Source: Thalia democratica (taxonomy: Eukaryota). From it: 64,000 nt of DNA. The stretch lies in the NCBI GenBank assembly GCA_965202585.1, contig OZ241830.1, positions 40,920,001 to 40,984,000 of the forward strand. The letters run 5' to 3'. The translations under genes and the position numbers were made by a program. Below the pieces are notes generated by a model. It ran no database searches, was not told the DNA's origin, and saw nothing but the letters and a program-made list of their open reading frames with translations. Shown one piece after another: positions 22,880-36,700 of the stretch; within the stretch, counting starts at the first letter, position 1; the number at the start of each line of letters is the position of its first letter.

Positions 22880-25800
22880 ACATCAGTAATTGCACACACC
22901 TCATTCTGGGATTTTCACTTGAACACAAAGTGCTTAAGAAATAAAATTCCGTTATACATGCTAAGTTTTTGTAACAAATTAGCAAAATAGAAAAACTAAT
23001 TCTAAATAGGCAATGTGTTTCTACAAACAGAGTGTACGACTAAAAACTAAATTCTGTAAAAAAAAAAGTTGTTAAAGTTTTACACAACTTAAGAAATGAT
23101 TTATATTATTGAAAGATATCTTTCAAAATTTTACTAGTTACGTCAAATTATTTAAAAAACTGTAAATTTAACATCAATATGTATTCTATACAGTTTTCTT
23201 TTAAACCATCATTTAAAGTATTAGAATAATAAGTAAGGACTTTTATATGACATTGTTTATATAGGTTTTTAGTAAAACAATAATTATTAGTAAACCAAAA
23301 CTTCTAATAACTTGTAAGTTTGGTTAAGTTTGATTTTGTAGACATATTTATTACTATAAAGAAAACCAGAAAGACTTTGTTAAGATATAAGTAATCTAAA
23401 ACAATCATATTTTGGTAAACTTTTTTCAAAATTTTTATTAGTTATTTAAAGTTGTTTAATGCAATAAACGGAATTTCATTACACTTTTAGCTTTATAACT
23501 CTTCCTGTTGATTGAAGTGCTCGACAATGTAACTTATTGTTGTCATTAAATGCTACGTAGCAAGTTCTTTATTTTATGTGTTGTAAAAATTGTTGGATAA
23601 ATGAAATCATTAAATAAAGTTTAAATATTAGAAAAAAGTTCTATTTTATAAGCCAATACTATTTTGCAAGTACTATTCATACAGCTAAAAAGATAAAAAA
23701 GAAGAAAAATAACTGCTTAAAATTTAAGAGCTTAGTACAAGTTGTAAGCAAAAGTAAATTTTATAATTAGTCGTAAACTACTAGGAATGCTTGTGGATTT
23801 TTCAAAACCCCTCTATTTAAAACACACACTTTCATATTTGTCTTCATTGAAAGTACAAAGTGAAATATTTTTATATTTAATCTATATAACTTAATAAAAT
23901 ACTTAAACGTTCTAGAAACTTTTCTGTATATGTTTAATTTTAAAACATTCTCTTGCAAACAATATATTTTATACTTTTTTTGTTGCCTTTGTGATTCAGA
24001 ACGGTAGTTTTTCAAAGACTATGCATTATAGTAGGTTTAATTTACAAGTATAACAGCTAAACGATTAACAATAGTTAATATCAAAAACGATTTGATAATT
24101 TCTATATACAATAATAACTTTCTATTTCTTACAAAAAATTACCAAACAATATTCATTTACTAATTATTATTTTTTAAATTAAATGAATTATTATAAAAAG
24201 AAATTTACATTACTGCTAGGCATGACAAAGTTATTGCTCAATAAGTTATCTGGTTTGTTGTTTTTTCTACGTATATAATAATAGTTCAAAGTATAAAAGT
24301 TAGAAAAGTAAACATCCATACTTTAGTTTTAACAAACAAATTAAACTAAAAAATAACATAATGGTCGATGTTAAATTAGTTTTAAATATGTTTCTGTAAA
24401 TTAAAAAACTCATTAAAAAAGCGATTAATTTCCTTAATGTTTAGTTTTTTACGTTGTATATTAATTTGTTGTTTCAGTTAATGTCGTGGTTTTAATAAAT
24501 TTTTTTACATGAAAAATACTTATAGTTTTGATACAAAAGATCTCTATAAAAAAGTTATACAAAAAAACAGACTAGTATCTAAAAAAATATTTAAAGCATT
24601 ACTCTGAAGTCTAGATAGACACTACGAATAAAAGTATCAAATAACTTATGAAATTTTAACCATAAAAGTTTTCTGTTTATTTTGCTAAAACACTAGTAAC
24701 TAACAATTTTTTACTTTAATTGTAGTCATTGAAAAAAAAGGTTATTAAGTTTGCAAAACAAAACTAAAATTGGAATATTGTTTTTAAATGTTGCAAAACT
24801 TTTGGTTTAAAATAATTTTCAAATTTTGTTTGTGTTTTTAGATGAAAATAATTTTATAGACGTTTGCACTAGTTTTCAAATACCTTTATACCTAAACAAA
24901 AGTAACATTGAAACTTAAAAGATTAATGTTTAATTTCGGTGAGTTTTTTAAATGTGGCAATTTAAGTGTAAACTTATTTTATAAGTAAGATAAAACTTCA
25001 TCATTCATTGATAAACTTTAGAAAGTAAAATATCAAAAATTATTAAGTTTTTTGATATTAGATTTTTGAACACTTTACAAATTGATAAGGGCTTAAAATG
25101 TTGTTTTGCCTTAAACATTTTTAAGATTTGGAGAAAAAGCCTTTTTTTTAAATACTAGCATTTTATTCGACACTTTTAAGTATATGTATATATCTATCCA
25201 AAATTCTAAAGTTTTAGCACTATTAAACATTTATATTTACAAATTAAAGTTTCTAGCTAACAAAATTAAGCCTAATATTTTGCTTATTTTTACGATTACA
25301 TTAAATTAGTCGTTTGAATGACTATTTAAAAAACATTTGACAAAACTTACTTTATTTTAAAGTTTTTTGGTAAACAAAAAAAAAACTTTTTTTTACAACT
25401 AAATAATCAAGTATTTAAATTAAATCAACTTCCACAAGATTGTTTTTATTTTTTTACAATATCAATAAGTTACAACAATAGAGTCTAATAAATATTTGTT
25501 TTTGTGGAAAAAATCTGTTAAAAAAAAACTTATTTGTTTGACGTAAACCTTTTAAAATCAGTTTTTGTTTATGATAAGAACAAACGAATAAAATTATTGT
25601 CTAATTGGAAAATATTTATACGAAATACTTCTAAGGTCATTAAGATGTAATTAGTCTAGTTTAGTCGTTTATGTATTATGAAAAATGAGCTAAAAATTAA
25701 AAATAGCTTAAGACTTTTATATGACTACCACAATGTCTCTGAATATAAGAATAAGTCTTAATACATACATTTTTATATGTTAAAATTAAAAAACGTGAAC

Positions 25801-27325
25801 ATTTTCACAAACCCTAAAACTTAAGTCTCATAATGAAAATGTTCGGTAAATCCTTTCCTGTTTATCCTACAGCGTTTAGAATATTAAAAAGAGATTATAC
25901 AAAAGCTATTAATCAACATTAGATTTTGACTTTGATTAATTCTTAAAAAATATATGTTCCTTTGTTTGGAGCAACTAGATTTTCTGTAAAATGACACCTG
26001 AAATTTTACAAACATGTATGTAGATTCAGAAAAATTAATATAAAAAAATTGTTTTTAATATTTTTTCATTTCAATCTGTTCTGCTGAATATTTGTCGTAT
26101 ACAAAACTTTGACATAGCTATATAGTACGAATAAATAGTCTATTTGAGTTTTATAAAAACTCTAATATAATAAAATAAATGATTTATCTTAGCTTATTAG
26201 TTTACAGGTTATAAAATAAAAACTTAAACATAGATTTTGCAGTATATGAATTTTGATAAATTTTTAACTATTATTTAACATTTGACACTTTTTTACAAAA
26301 TCTTCCTTTTATTTTTTTCAGTTATATCATCGATAAGACTAATCAAAAAGAAAAGAAATACTTATTTAGGTTTAGTAAAATAATGTAACTTAAACCTTAC
26401 AGTTTATTATATAAGTTTTCGTAAATAAGCATATGTTGCTGTTTAATCTAAACTTATTTTATTCAATATTTATTCAATTGCAGTAAACTAAAAGTGTATG
26501 ATAAATAACGAAATATCATAAGATAAGTTAAAATAAAAATATGTACAAAATATTGAGATAAAAGGTAGGTTTTACGTAATAAGTAAAGTCTTTGTATACT
26601 ATAAACAGCATATGTAAACTATTTATCAAATGATTAAACTGTGAAGTGGCTCTACGATGTTTAGTTAGTAAATGCATAAATATCAACTAAAAAAAGCTAT
26701 TAAATGTTTTACAGACATATAAAAACTTTTTCAGAAAATTAGACAATACAAACATTTTTCTTTCTGCGTAGTAAAAAAGATGCAATATTAAAGCTCAAAA
26801 TAAATTTTCATAAAAAAAAGTATTTATGTATCCTAAAAAAGAGAAAGTTTAACAACTAAGCAAATATTTCTATACATATTAAACAAACCTTATAGAAATT
26901 TTTGTATAAAAAATGTAAAATTTATATATATATATGTATATAGTAGTTAAATGTACAGTATTAAAAAGTTAAGCATATAAGTTTTTCTGATTAAAATTTT
27001 GCTTATACAAAGATATGAAATATAAACTTACAAAGTTATTGAACTACAACAATATAAAACAAACTAACATTTTTAATATTTACAAATAAATAAACAATCG
27101 TTTATTACTTAAGCAGCTTTTATGTATGGTGTGTGTAAAAACTCAAATACAACATTATTTTCCTGCTAGTATTACAAATAAAGCATTTATAGATTTGTTG
27201 CCAATATATAATTGAGTACGTATTATATACACACTTATAGAATATCTGTAAAATTTTCTTACATTAGTTTTACGTTAAGTTTTAAATCATTTTTCTTACA
27301 GCTAATTCAAAATAATTGTTAAATA

Positions 27326-27774
27326 CTAGTAGTAATATAGAGGGTTTTCTTTGTCATAATCAGAAAGAAATTTGAAAAAATCTTTGTTGTAATCTTTAAA
27401 TTCTATATTTTCAGTGCTAGGGTTTGATTGAAATTTTCGATCTTTTATTGGCTTGATTGTTTTGTTTGGTATACTTACATCAAACTTATAATCGATTGAA
27501 TCTTGTAAATAATCATTGTTGTTACCGATATAATCAGCTATTGCATCAGCTTTTTCTTTTTTGATCTGTTTTTGTAAATCTGAGGAATTACTTTTTGATT
27601 TGCGAATTTTTTCATGTAGTCTTTTTTGATTATGCTTTTTGACCAAATTTAAATTATGATAAGAAAGTCCATTTGTTTTTATGCCAACATCTATAGTATT
27701 AATTGTATCAAACAAATCTAAATCTGAACTAGCTTTAGATAGAATTTTTTCCACTGAAGAAAAATCATCTTCAT
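27326..27774 (-). CDS. Terminal coding exon of the proteoglycan-like gene
   Basis: TTTCAG acceptor, then DEDDFSSVEKILSK...KDFFKFLSDYDKENPLYYY* (TAG). It coincides with ORF-track 27326..27754. Confidence 0.75.
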
Positions 27775-30700
27775 CTGAAAGTACAAACTAGTTAAAAACT
27801 TTACATCAATTAGAAAACATAAAAGCAAAACAGTTAGGTATATGCTATAAAAGTTAAGTTTTATTTAGTATTTTACATGATTGTTTTAACAGTTTTAAAG
27901 TTTAGTAATAACTTAAGTTATCAATGGTTTACGACTAGAGTATAAAACAATAACACAACCACCTTAAATCGTAAATTTAATAGATAGAAAACCAGATTCT
28001 TTTTTTTAACGTAAAAACTGAAGCCAAACTAGTGTTAAATTAAGTTTTAAATTATGATAGAACTAGTTGATATTTTATTAACTTTTTTAGTTAAAAGCAG
28101 TGTTTTTTAAAGTATACATCTGTGCTTAGCAGAATTTGAAAAACACTGGCTTAAAGTATTTCTGCTACTAGACATTTTGTAGAAAGAAACGATCAAAACT
28201 TAAAAACACATTCTGTTTGATGGAAACAGCTTGCTATTTAAATCTTATTTTTATTTATTTTTTTTTAAAAGAAACAAATTTGTTTACGAAAAATAACACT
28301 TAGAATATTTTAACAGTTTTCTTAGACTTGTCAATTTAATGCAAACTTAATATATTTAACTTTTAACAGCATAAAATAATGACATATTATAAAAATTCAT
28401 ACCATCACAATAATCAGCAGAGCTAGATCCTTCTATAGATTCTTTAGTACTTTCTAAAAACAATGTTTAAATGTTTTTTTTTCTACTTGTTTACTTTAAG
28501 TAAAAATGACTTTTTTTTTACGTAAACTATAATCCTCGTAAAGTATTAAACAAGATTTACTTCAGAATTAATAAAAACACAAATTTATTTTAAATTTGTT
28601 ATTCTCGAAGTGTATAGCATAAAATTATACTGTCTTTATTTTGTCATTTTAGGTATTACTAATTTGTCTTAATAAAAATAAAACATAACATTTTTTTACA
28701 TTTATAGTAAAATGATGCTAACAATATAATTTATCAAAACTTGTACTTTGTCGCACTTTTTTAAATAAAATAAAAGTTATATAATAGAAGCTAACAATAT
28801 ATATGGTAATCACGTTTTTAGTTTTATACAAATTTGTTATTAAAATTATAATAAGTTCGAACAAGTCTAAACAACCTTACCTGTAACGGTGACTGGTATA
28901 CTAGGTGTCAGTGTTGTTTTAGAAGCTTGGTACATTTCTGTAAATTTTTTTTTTATAAATAGCTAACTTTCCTACTAAATAAAAACTCAATTTTATCTTT
29001 TTAGCATATCTATTTGAACTTTGATTTAAAGGGTCGGCAAACCTTTTCTTACGGGACAGCTCTCCTTCGTGTTTCAAAGATTATAATCAACTTTTGAAAA
29101 ATAAGTCATACTAAGTATTCTTATAAATAATGTTTACAAATGTGGTCGTAAATTACTTTTGAAAAAACTGTAGTACTCAAATAATGATAGTTTAAGTAAA
29201 TTTAGACTTTAAAGTGTTTTAAAACATTTTAGTACTATACTTATGTCCACTTACTTTTATAAAAAGTTATATTTGTTCCAGTTTTCGTTATACTACGTAT
29301 TTATAAGAGCTAGAATGAGTTACAGTCAAAATTGTTTGTGTTGGTATTTAGTATGTATCTTTTATTAGTGTAATTTTTACAATTAAGAAACATTACAAAG
29401 AAATTAAGAAAAATTTGAAGTTGCAGCCTATAACGCATAAAAAAAAATTGGGTAGAGATGTGTTTTTACTTGTATAAGTTTTCGGTTGATTGGTAGTCAA
29501 CATTGCCTTTGTCGATGCTGTGTGAGTACCTGCTGCAAAAAAACTAATTACCTACTTATATTATAAAATAAATAAAAACAACCTAGTTTACTATTTTATC
29601 CAATATGTCAAATAAAATATCTAAAAAAAAGCTGTCTTACTAGTATGAGTACTTGTTCGACTTGAAGTTAATGCCGGCATAGAAGACGTATGGTAACTCT
29701 CTGTAAATCAACTAAAATTTATATAGTTATCGAAATTGAATCTAATTTTTATACTAAATTGCATTACAAAAGCTTTTGAATAAAGATATATTTCAAATTT
29801 TCAAAATTAAGCCTAAAAAAATATGATAAGCTTTAAAATTTAGTTTTAGTAAAATGAAATATATTAAAAGATAAAACTTAATAACTTTTAATAACAGATA
29901 GTTTGAAAAATAACAAAATCATAAGTTATGTAGAAACTATACTTGATATATTTTCACTTACTTTGTAAGCCTTTTATAGTTGTATGATTAACGAAACCTT
30001 GTTTGTAATAAAAGTTACGTATATAAAAAGTATTAATGCAAACTGGCTATTGATGTTTAGCTTAAAAAAATTAAAAAAACTATGTCTTGTCACTAGATTT
30101 TTAAATTAACTTATAAAACATTGATACAAACTGTTTCACATTGTCTGAGATGAAATACAAAAACACAGTGATAGCTTCTAATTATATAAACAAATCAACT
30201 TGTTCTACGACGGAAACAAGTTTGTTCATTGAAAATTGTTTTAAGTAAACAATTGCCTTAAATTACTTTTTTTGGAACTAATAATAGTTTAAAATGCAAC
30301 TAAACTTTTGTTAAAAACTGGAAGAAACTATAAGACTAGACGTATGTTTCATACATATTTTTAACATTTTAAAAGGTACTCTTGCAAGTTGAAAATTTTC
30401 TAAATCTACTTTGTAACTTAAAACTAAATTTATAAAACTGTTAGTTTATCAGTTTGAATTTTTCTTCCGAAAAGTCATTATATTTCTCATATACATCAAA
30501 AAACTATTTTTTATAATAGAAAACCTGATAGCGCAAAGTAAAAAATGATAGCTTATCTATCTGTTTAGCAAAATATTTTTAAAACTAATTTGATTGGTCT
30601 AAGTTTTCTAAAATGCTTTCAACAGTTAAGTTCAGAAAACGTAAACCAATCAAATTTAATGTAAAAAAATAATTAAGCAAAATAGATAGATAAGTTATCA

Positions 30701-33700
30701 TTTTATTACTTTGCGTTATGAGGTTTTATTATAAAAAATAGTTGTTGACAACCTTTTTTTTTTATTTGTGTTAACAATACAAAACATTAAGTAATTAAGT
30801 TTCAGGTGAAGGTGAAAAATATCATAAAGTTTCGTACTTACTTACTTTATTATCAATTAACATAGCTTATTATTTTATTGAAATCTTTTTTTAAGTAGTA
30901 ACGTTTCCAGCTATTATCTGCAAAGCCAAGAACACCGGATCATCGTGGCTATATTTTTTTGGGGACACGTTCAAAATCCACCTGCGATCAAAAACCACCC
31001 GATCAAAATCCACCCAGACAAATTTGAGAACTGCTTACCGATCGAGATTAAGGGTTAGAGGTAACAGTGATAGTGAAAAATTAATAAAAAAAATAAAATA
31101 TATATGAAATAAGTTAATATTTTAAAAAATATAAATAAAATCGGAAGGGTTTTGAACGCGGGTGGATTTTGATAGTATACCATTTATTTGATGGATCCTA
31201 ACTATTTTGAAGTAAGCTGAGTGTTGGGTGCATCATCCATGGTGCTCATGTGATTCAGCTTATTTTATTTCTGTTACTACATATACTAAATCTAAAGTTT
31301 TGATTAAAGTTAATAAAATGTTTCTTATGTTTCAAATAATTGATTTTTTTAAATTGCTTATGTTAAAATACTTGGTAAAAATGCCAAGTATAAACAAACT
31401 AAAAGTTAAGTAGCTAACAAAGTTTTCTGAACTAAACTTGCATTCGTTGATATTTTTGATCCACTTATAAAATACTTCATACTTTCTCAAAAATTAAAAA
31501 AGCTACTTTCTAATATAAATTTAACTCAACCTACGCTTTTATAGTAAAGTAATTAAATAATACTTAAATTAAGACTTACGTGTTTTTTGTCAAAAATTTT
31601 TACTGATTTGAATAAAAAAGTGAAAGCAAGTGTTCAGTTTGTTAACTACAAAGATTACATGACAAATTTTGAAGAAAATAATTTATTGATAACTAAACAT
31701 AAAGATACAATTCGATACTTTTTTATAATTAAAAGTTAACTAGTCAGGTTTAATTTACAAGTTGTTTTACAAAAAGAATGTTGTTTCAGCTTGTTCTTTA
31801 AATGAAGTTAAAAAAAGTATAGTATCTGAGCAAGAGCTATTAAGTTTTCTGAGTTATATCAATACAAACTTTAACGTCTAAAAAGATGTATGGCTGCAAG
31901 GAATCACGAAACTTAAACTTAAATTTTTTTACAAATTTATATATTAGCACTTTATATTGATCAAAAATATGTTTGTTTAATACTTTAAACATAACATTTG
32001 TTAAAATAACTTTTCTAAGAAAATTTTTTAGACCTAAAGTTAAGTTTCAATATTCAAAACAATAGTACAACTTTTTTCAATTTTTCTAAATTTCAATTAA
32101 AAAAAATAGTTTAATAACTTTTTTACTAGTATTTTTAGACTTCAAAATAATTCTAAATTCTATAAAACATCTTTTAAACTCATGAAATTTTAAAAGAAAC
32201 TGAATAGCTTACAAACTTCAGAATACGAATGCTTTAAAACAATCAATAAGCAAGAAAACATCTTCTAAAAATCAATTGACAGTGATTATTGTAGTAGGTT
32301 GTATATGCGCTTGGGTGTTATGATTTCAGTTTCAAAAAAGTGAGTTGATTCTGAAAAGTTCAGTTTGTTTAATTCTAATCAACTATTCATGCAGAAATAA
32401 AATCAAGAAAAAAACATTTTTAAAAGTTAAACTAGAAAGTTCTACAAACTAAAAAAGTAAAAAAAAAACTTACTAACTTGAGAATATTTTACAAGTAACA
32501 ATTTAAAAGTAATAATACTAGTAATCTTTTATTACAAAACTTTACTGTTTTAGTTTTTGAGTTTCATAATTTTAATCAGGTTGTTTCAAATATTGTATTG
32601 TTAAGTAGTTTTCTAAAAGAACAAATTTTACTAAAGATTTATTGATTTTTTACTAGTCCATATATTTTAAATTTTTTATTTAAAACATTGAAAGATTCAA
32701 TTAAAAATCAGTGCTAAAATCTTGTATACATTCCATTATTGAATAAATCACATTCAATTTATAAAACAATGATAAATGGTAGGAAATGTGCATTTGTAAC
32801 AAACATGAAGTGAAATTTTTGTAGAAAGAAGACTAAAAAATTACTAACTGTATGGCTAAGGTTAAAAAAGATAATTCGAGGTCAGACAAAATTTAGCATT
32901 TAATCACTTATGCTACGTGATAGGGAGTAAAAAAATTAAAAAACGTTTTAATTGAATACATTGCTGGAACTTTATCAATAGCATTTTAACTTTACATTAA
33001 CAAAATTAAACTATCTAATATTATTAAAACACTAGAAATTCAATAGATAAATATTTAAGCCTGCGAAAACACAATTAAATATTAAAGTTTTTACTTTATA
33101 TACTTTTACATGCTTCAAACATTTAAGGTATAAGATATTAAAAGTATAAGGTATTAAAAAAAAAAAACTCTTGTTTCTTAACCTTTTTTCGGCAGTGTAA
33201 GTTCTTCTGTGGAAGTGAATACATCTGAAATAAATTGCTTAGTTTCACTCTAGTTGAGTATTTATTAAAAATATAAAATATGTTTTGTTTCTGTTAGAAA
33301 ATCAAAATACTGGAATATAAGTGACCAGTATTTATACAATAAGATATACAAGACACTTAATTTCAATAAAACTAGATATATTTCGAGCAATTTTGATCAG
33401 TAGAGTATAAAGCTAACAAAAAACAAGATTTAAAAAGTTATATAATAAGCAAGTAATCAAAAAGTAATCAAGAGATTAATGAAAGACAAAAGCAGTTAGT
33501 AAAAACAAAAATAATCTAAGTTTATTTACCTTATAATTAATCTATAGTAAAACTAAAAATCAATGTAATGAAAACAACACTTATAAAGTATTATAAAAAT
33601 AAAGAAACAGTATAGTAAAATCTTTTTGCTTGGTTTCCTTAAATAAAATCAAATAGCTTCTAGTTTATTCAAATCGAAAAAATTATTACAAGTTTTAATA

Positions 33701-36700
33701 AATTTTTATCTATTTAGATTACAACTGTTTCGACATGTTTAATAATTAACCAAATGAATACTGATGAGAATTGCTTGAAATGTATTTGGTTTTATTAAAA
33801 TCAAGGCACACAATTTCAATAAAACCAGATATATTTCGAGCAATTCTCATCAGTAGTCATTTGGTTAATAATTCAACATGCGGAAACAGTTATAATCTAA
33901 ATGGGTTTAAATTTATTGAAACTTGTATTTATGTTTTCGATTTGACTAAAATAGAAGCTATTTGATTTTTTTTAAGGAAACCTGTTTTATGTAAATAAAA
34001 ATATTTTGACTATACTGTTTCTTTATTTTCGTAATAACTTATAAGTTCTTATTAAAATCAAAATACAACAACATAATTATAGTTGTAACAAGTTATTTTG
34101 TTATTTAACTTAACATAAATTAAGTTAAGTATTGTAGACTTTTAAACTTCAAAGTTCTGTACACTAGTTATTTAGATCACATTTAGATATCTAATAAACA
34201 TAGCCTAGTGTTTTACTATGTACCAACTCTAAAAAGTATATCTATAAAGCTTGCAAAAATTTTTTTATAAAAATTAAATTATTACAAAAAAAAGGCTTAA
34301 CTGTTTTCACTTTCAACACAGCATAAGCTATGTGAACGAATCATAAGCAAACGTGAAGAAAAACAATTACTTTAATGATTTTAAACTTAAAAGCGATTTA
34401 GAGTGATCAATAAAACATGGCATAAAACTTTAATCGCTCAGAAAGTTGTATACCACCCAAAAAACAACCGCAAAGTTTATCCAAAGGTGTAAGTCGAGGA
34501 AAGATAAAAAATTAATCTGACACCTTAAACTTTAGAAATTTATTCAAAGTAACTTAAATTCTCACACATGATCAAAAATAAGATGGATCAGTTTAATTCC
34601 AGTTTTAAGAGAATACGTAATTGCAACTTTGTAAATTGCTTTCAAATGAACGTGTTCTGAACTTAAGAAAACTATTTTTATATTCTCAGTCACCATAAAC
34701 TGCAAGTGATCAATGTAATAAAAAATGTACTTTATTCACGTTTAAAAAAGACTTTGCGAGCGGTAAAACATATGTAGCAAGCTTTAAACTTTCAGTTTAA
34801 CAGGTTAAAGTTACGTCACTGGTTTAAAAGTCGTGCGATAGCCATCTGCGGCTCTCTTTGAATGACAGTAATATAATTGTTCTACCTTTAAACCTTTGCT
34901 GCTCATCATGTAATATTTCGTATTTAGCTACCATTATAATTGATTTCAATACCTGATACGCTTAATGTACTTTTATCCTACGCACATAAGGGGATTTGGT
35001 TTTTAATGTCTTTTTACTAAGTTGATGTTTGAAACAAAGTACACATTATTATTACTAGTCATTAAGAAACATAACTTGAAATCAAAATTACGCACTTAAA
35101 ATAACAAATTTAATCAGGGCAGTTCGCATTTTTTAGATTATAAATTTGTATTATTAACAATTGAATTTCCTAATGCCATGTAAAAAATCCACTAAAATTA
35201 TTCTCTTTTTGTCTGATAGTATAAAGTACTTTTACGGCGAAAAAAAGTATTTTAAAAGATTAATCTTTAAACACAGCTTTAATAGAAACATAAGTTTCTA
35301 AATTCTTTTTGTGAATTTTATTACAGCTTGAAGTCATAAAAATAGATTAAAGAATATAGATTTAATTTACCTTTATTTACTAAAAGTTAATGAAAGTGCA
35401 TCTAAAAACTTTTTAGTAGTTCAAGTGAACAAAAAATACTTACTTTTGATACTTAAATAAGCCACTGGTGAGTAAATTCTTATTTATTTAAAGCAAATGT
35501 TTTAAATAAAAATGCAAACACACTTTTGGTGTACGAAGGTATTTATTTTATTATAGTTTTAGCAAAACTTGTATTTTAATTAGGAACAAACGAAAGTAAT
35601 TGAAAACAACTACTATCACTTAGAGTTGTGTTTTTACAAAGTTCCTAAGAGTTTGAACTAATAAACGTTTATTATTACAGAAAGTTTTGTTGTATTAAGT
35701 TTTATTCACGAGAAATAAAATATTAGCACTGTATCTTTAAATACCATCTATAATAAAATATAAGTATAAATAAAAAAAGATTGTTTACAAATTTAGCATT
35801 AAAAATTCTAGAAACAAAGTATACAGTATCACAAAAGTCATCTGTACTAAATATAGGTTCTAAATTAATGGCAGTAACCTTATCATGATTAATAGCAACT
35901 ACGAAAATCTTGTTTAATATTTCCGCTAAATGTAGAAGGAAAGTGTTAAAAGATTTGGATTTAGACAGGATGTAATAATGCGTCAAAAGAAGATAAAATG
36001 CACATTTCTAATAAAGATCACGTTTTGTCTTTTGATGTTTTTTCAATGGATTTTGTGTTTCGCAATAAATTTTTCAATTATAAAGAAAAAAAATATAAGT
36101 ACCTCATTTCTCAAGAAAAACTGTGATGAATACTTTAATGATTCTTGTTACTATAAATATTTTTATATTTCGACTATTTTTAAAAATTTTCTGTGATATG
36201 GTATGACCTGCTTTTAAAAATGTGTACTAATTTGGAGAAAAAAAAGTTAAATCAAAATTTTATTTTAATTTTAATCAAAAGTCTTTAAATTGATCAGTTT
36301 ATAAATTACGAAATGTAGGCAAAAGTAGTATTTGGCGTTTAATATTTGTTTCTTAAACTATAGGTGTTTTTCTGTTATGTTTTTTGTTTATAGCTGAAAC
36401 ATAACATAGTTTAAAACCGTTTACAAGAATGAATATTTTGCATATAAGTCAATCATAAAAGAATTTTAATTTTAATATGCATTTGTAACCGCGAATTAGT
36501 TTTCAATTTAAATTTCTACCCTATTTTTTATTATTATAGACCAAAACTTTAACTTACACCTGTAGCTAAAACCTTAAGATATTTAATACAAAATAAATTT
36601 ACATAAGAAACCAAGTTTTAATCTCTTTAGTACCCGTAATTTTGTAATTTTTAAAAACCCTTAATTATGCTCTCCCACAAAAATAATACGTGATAGAAAA

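Noticed and set aside
30902-31259. Possible minus-strand exons 31259-31203 (LNHMSTMDDAP..) and 30950-30903 (HDDPVFLALQ..)
   Set aside because: Their phases (0->2, 2->0) do not fit the phase-1 chain, and they flank a MITE. Unresolved without RNA data.
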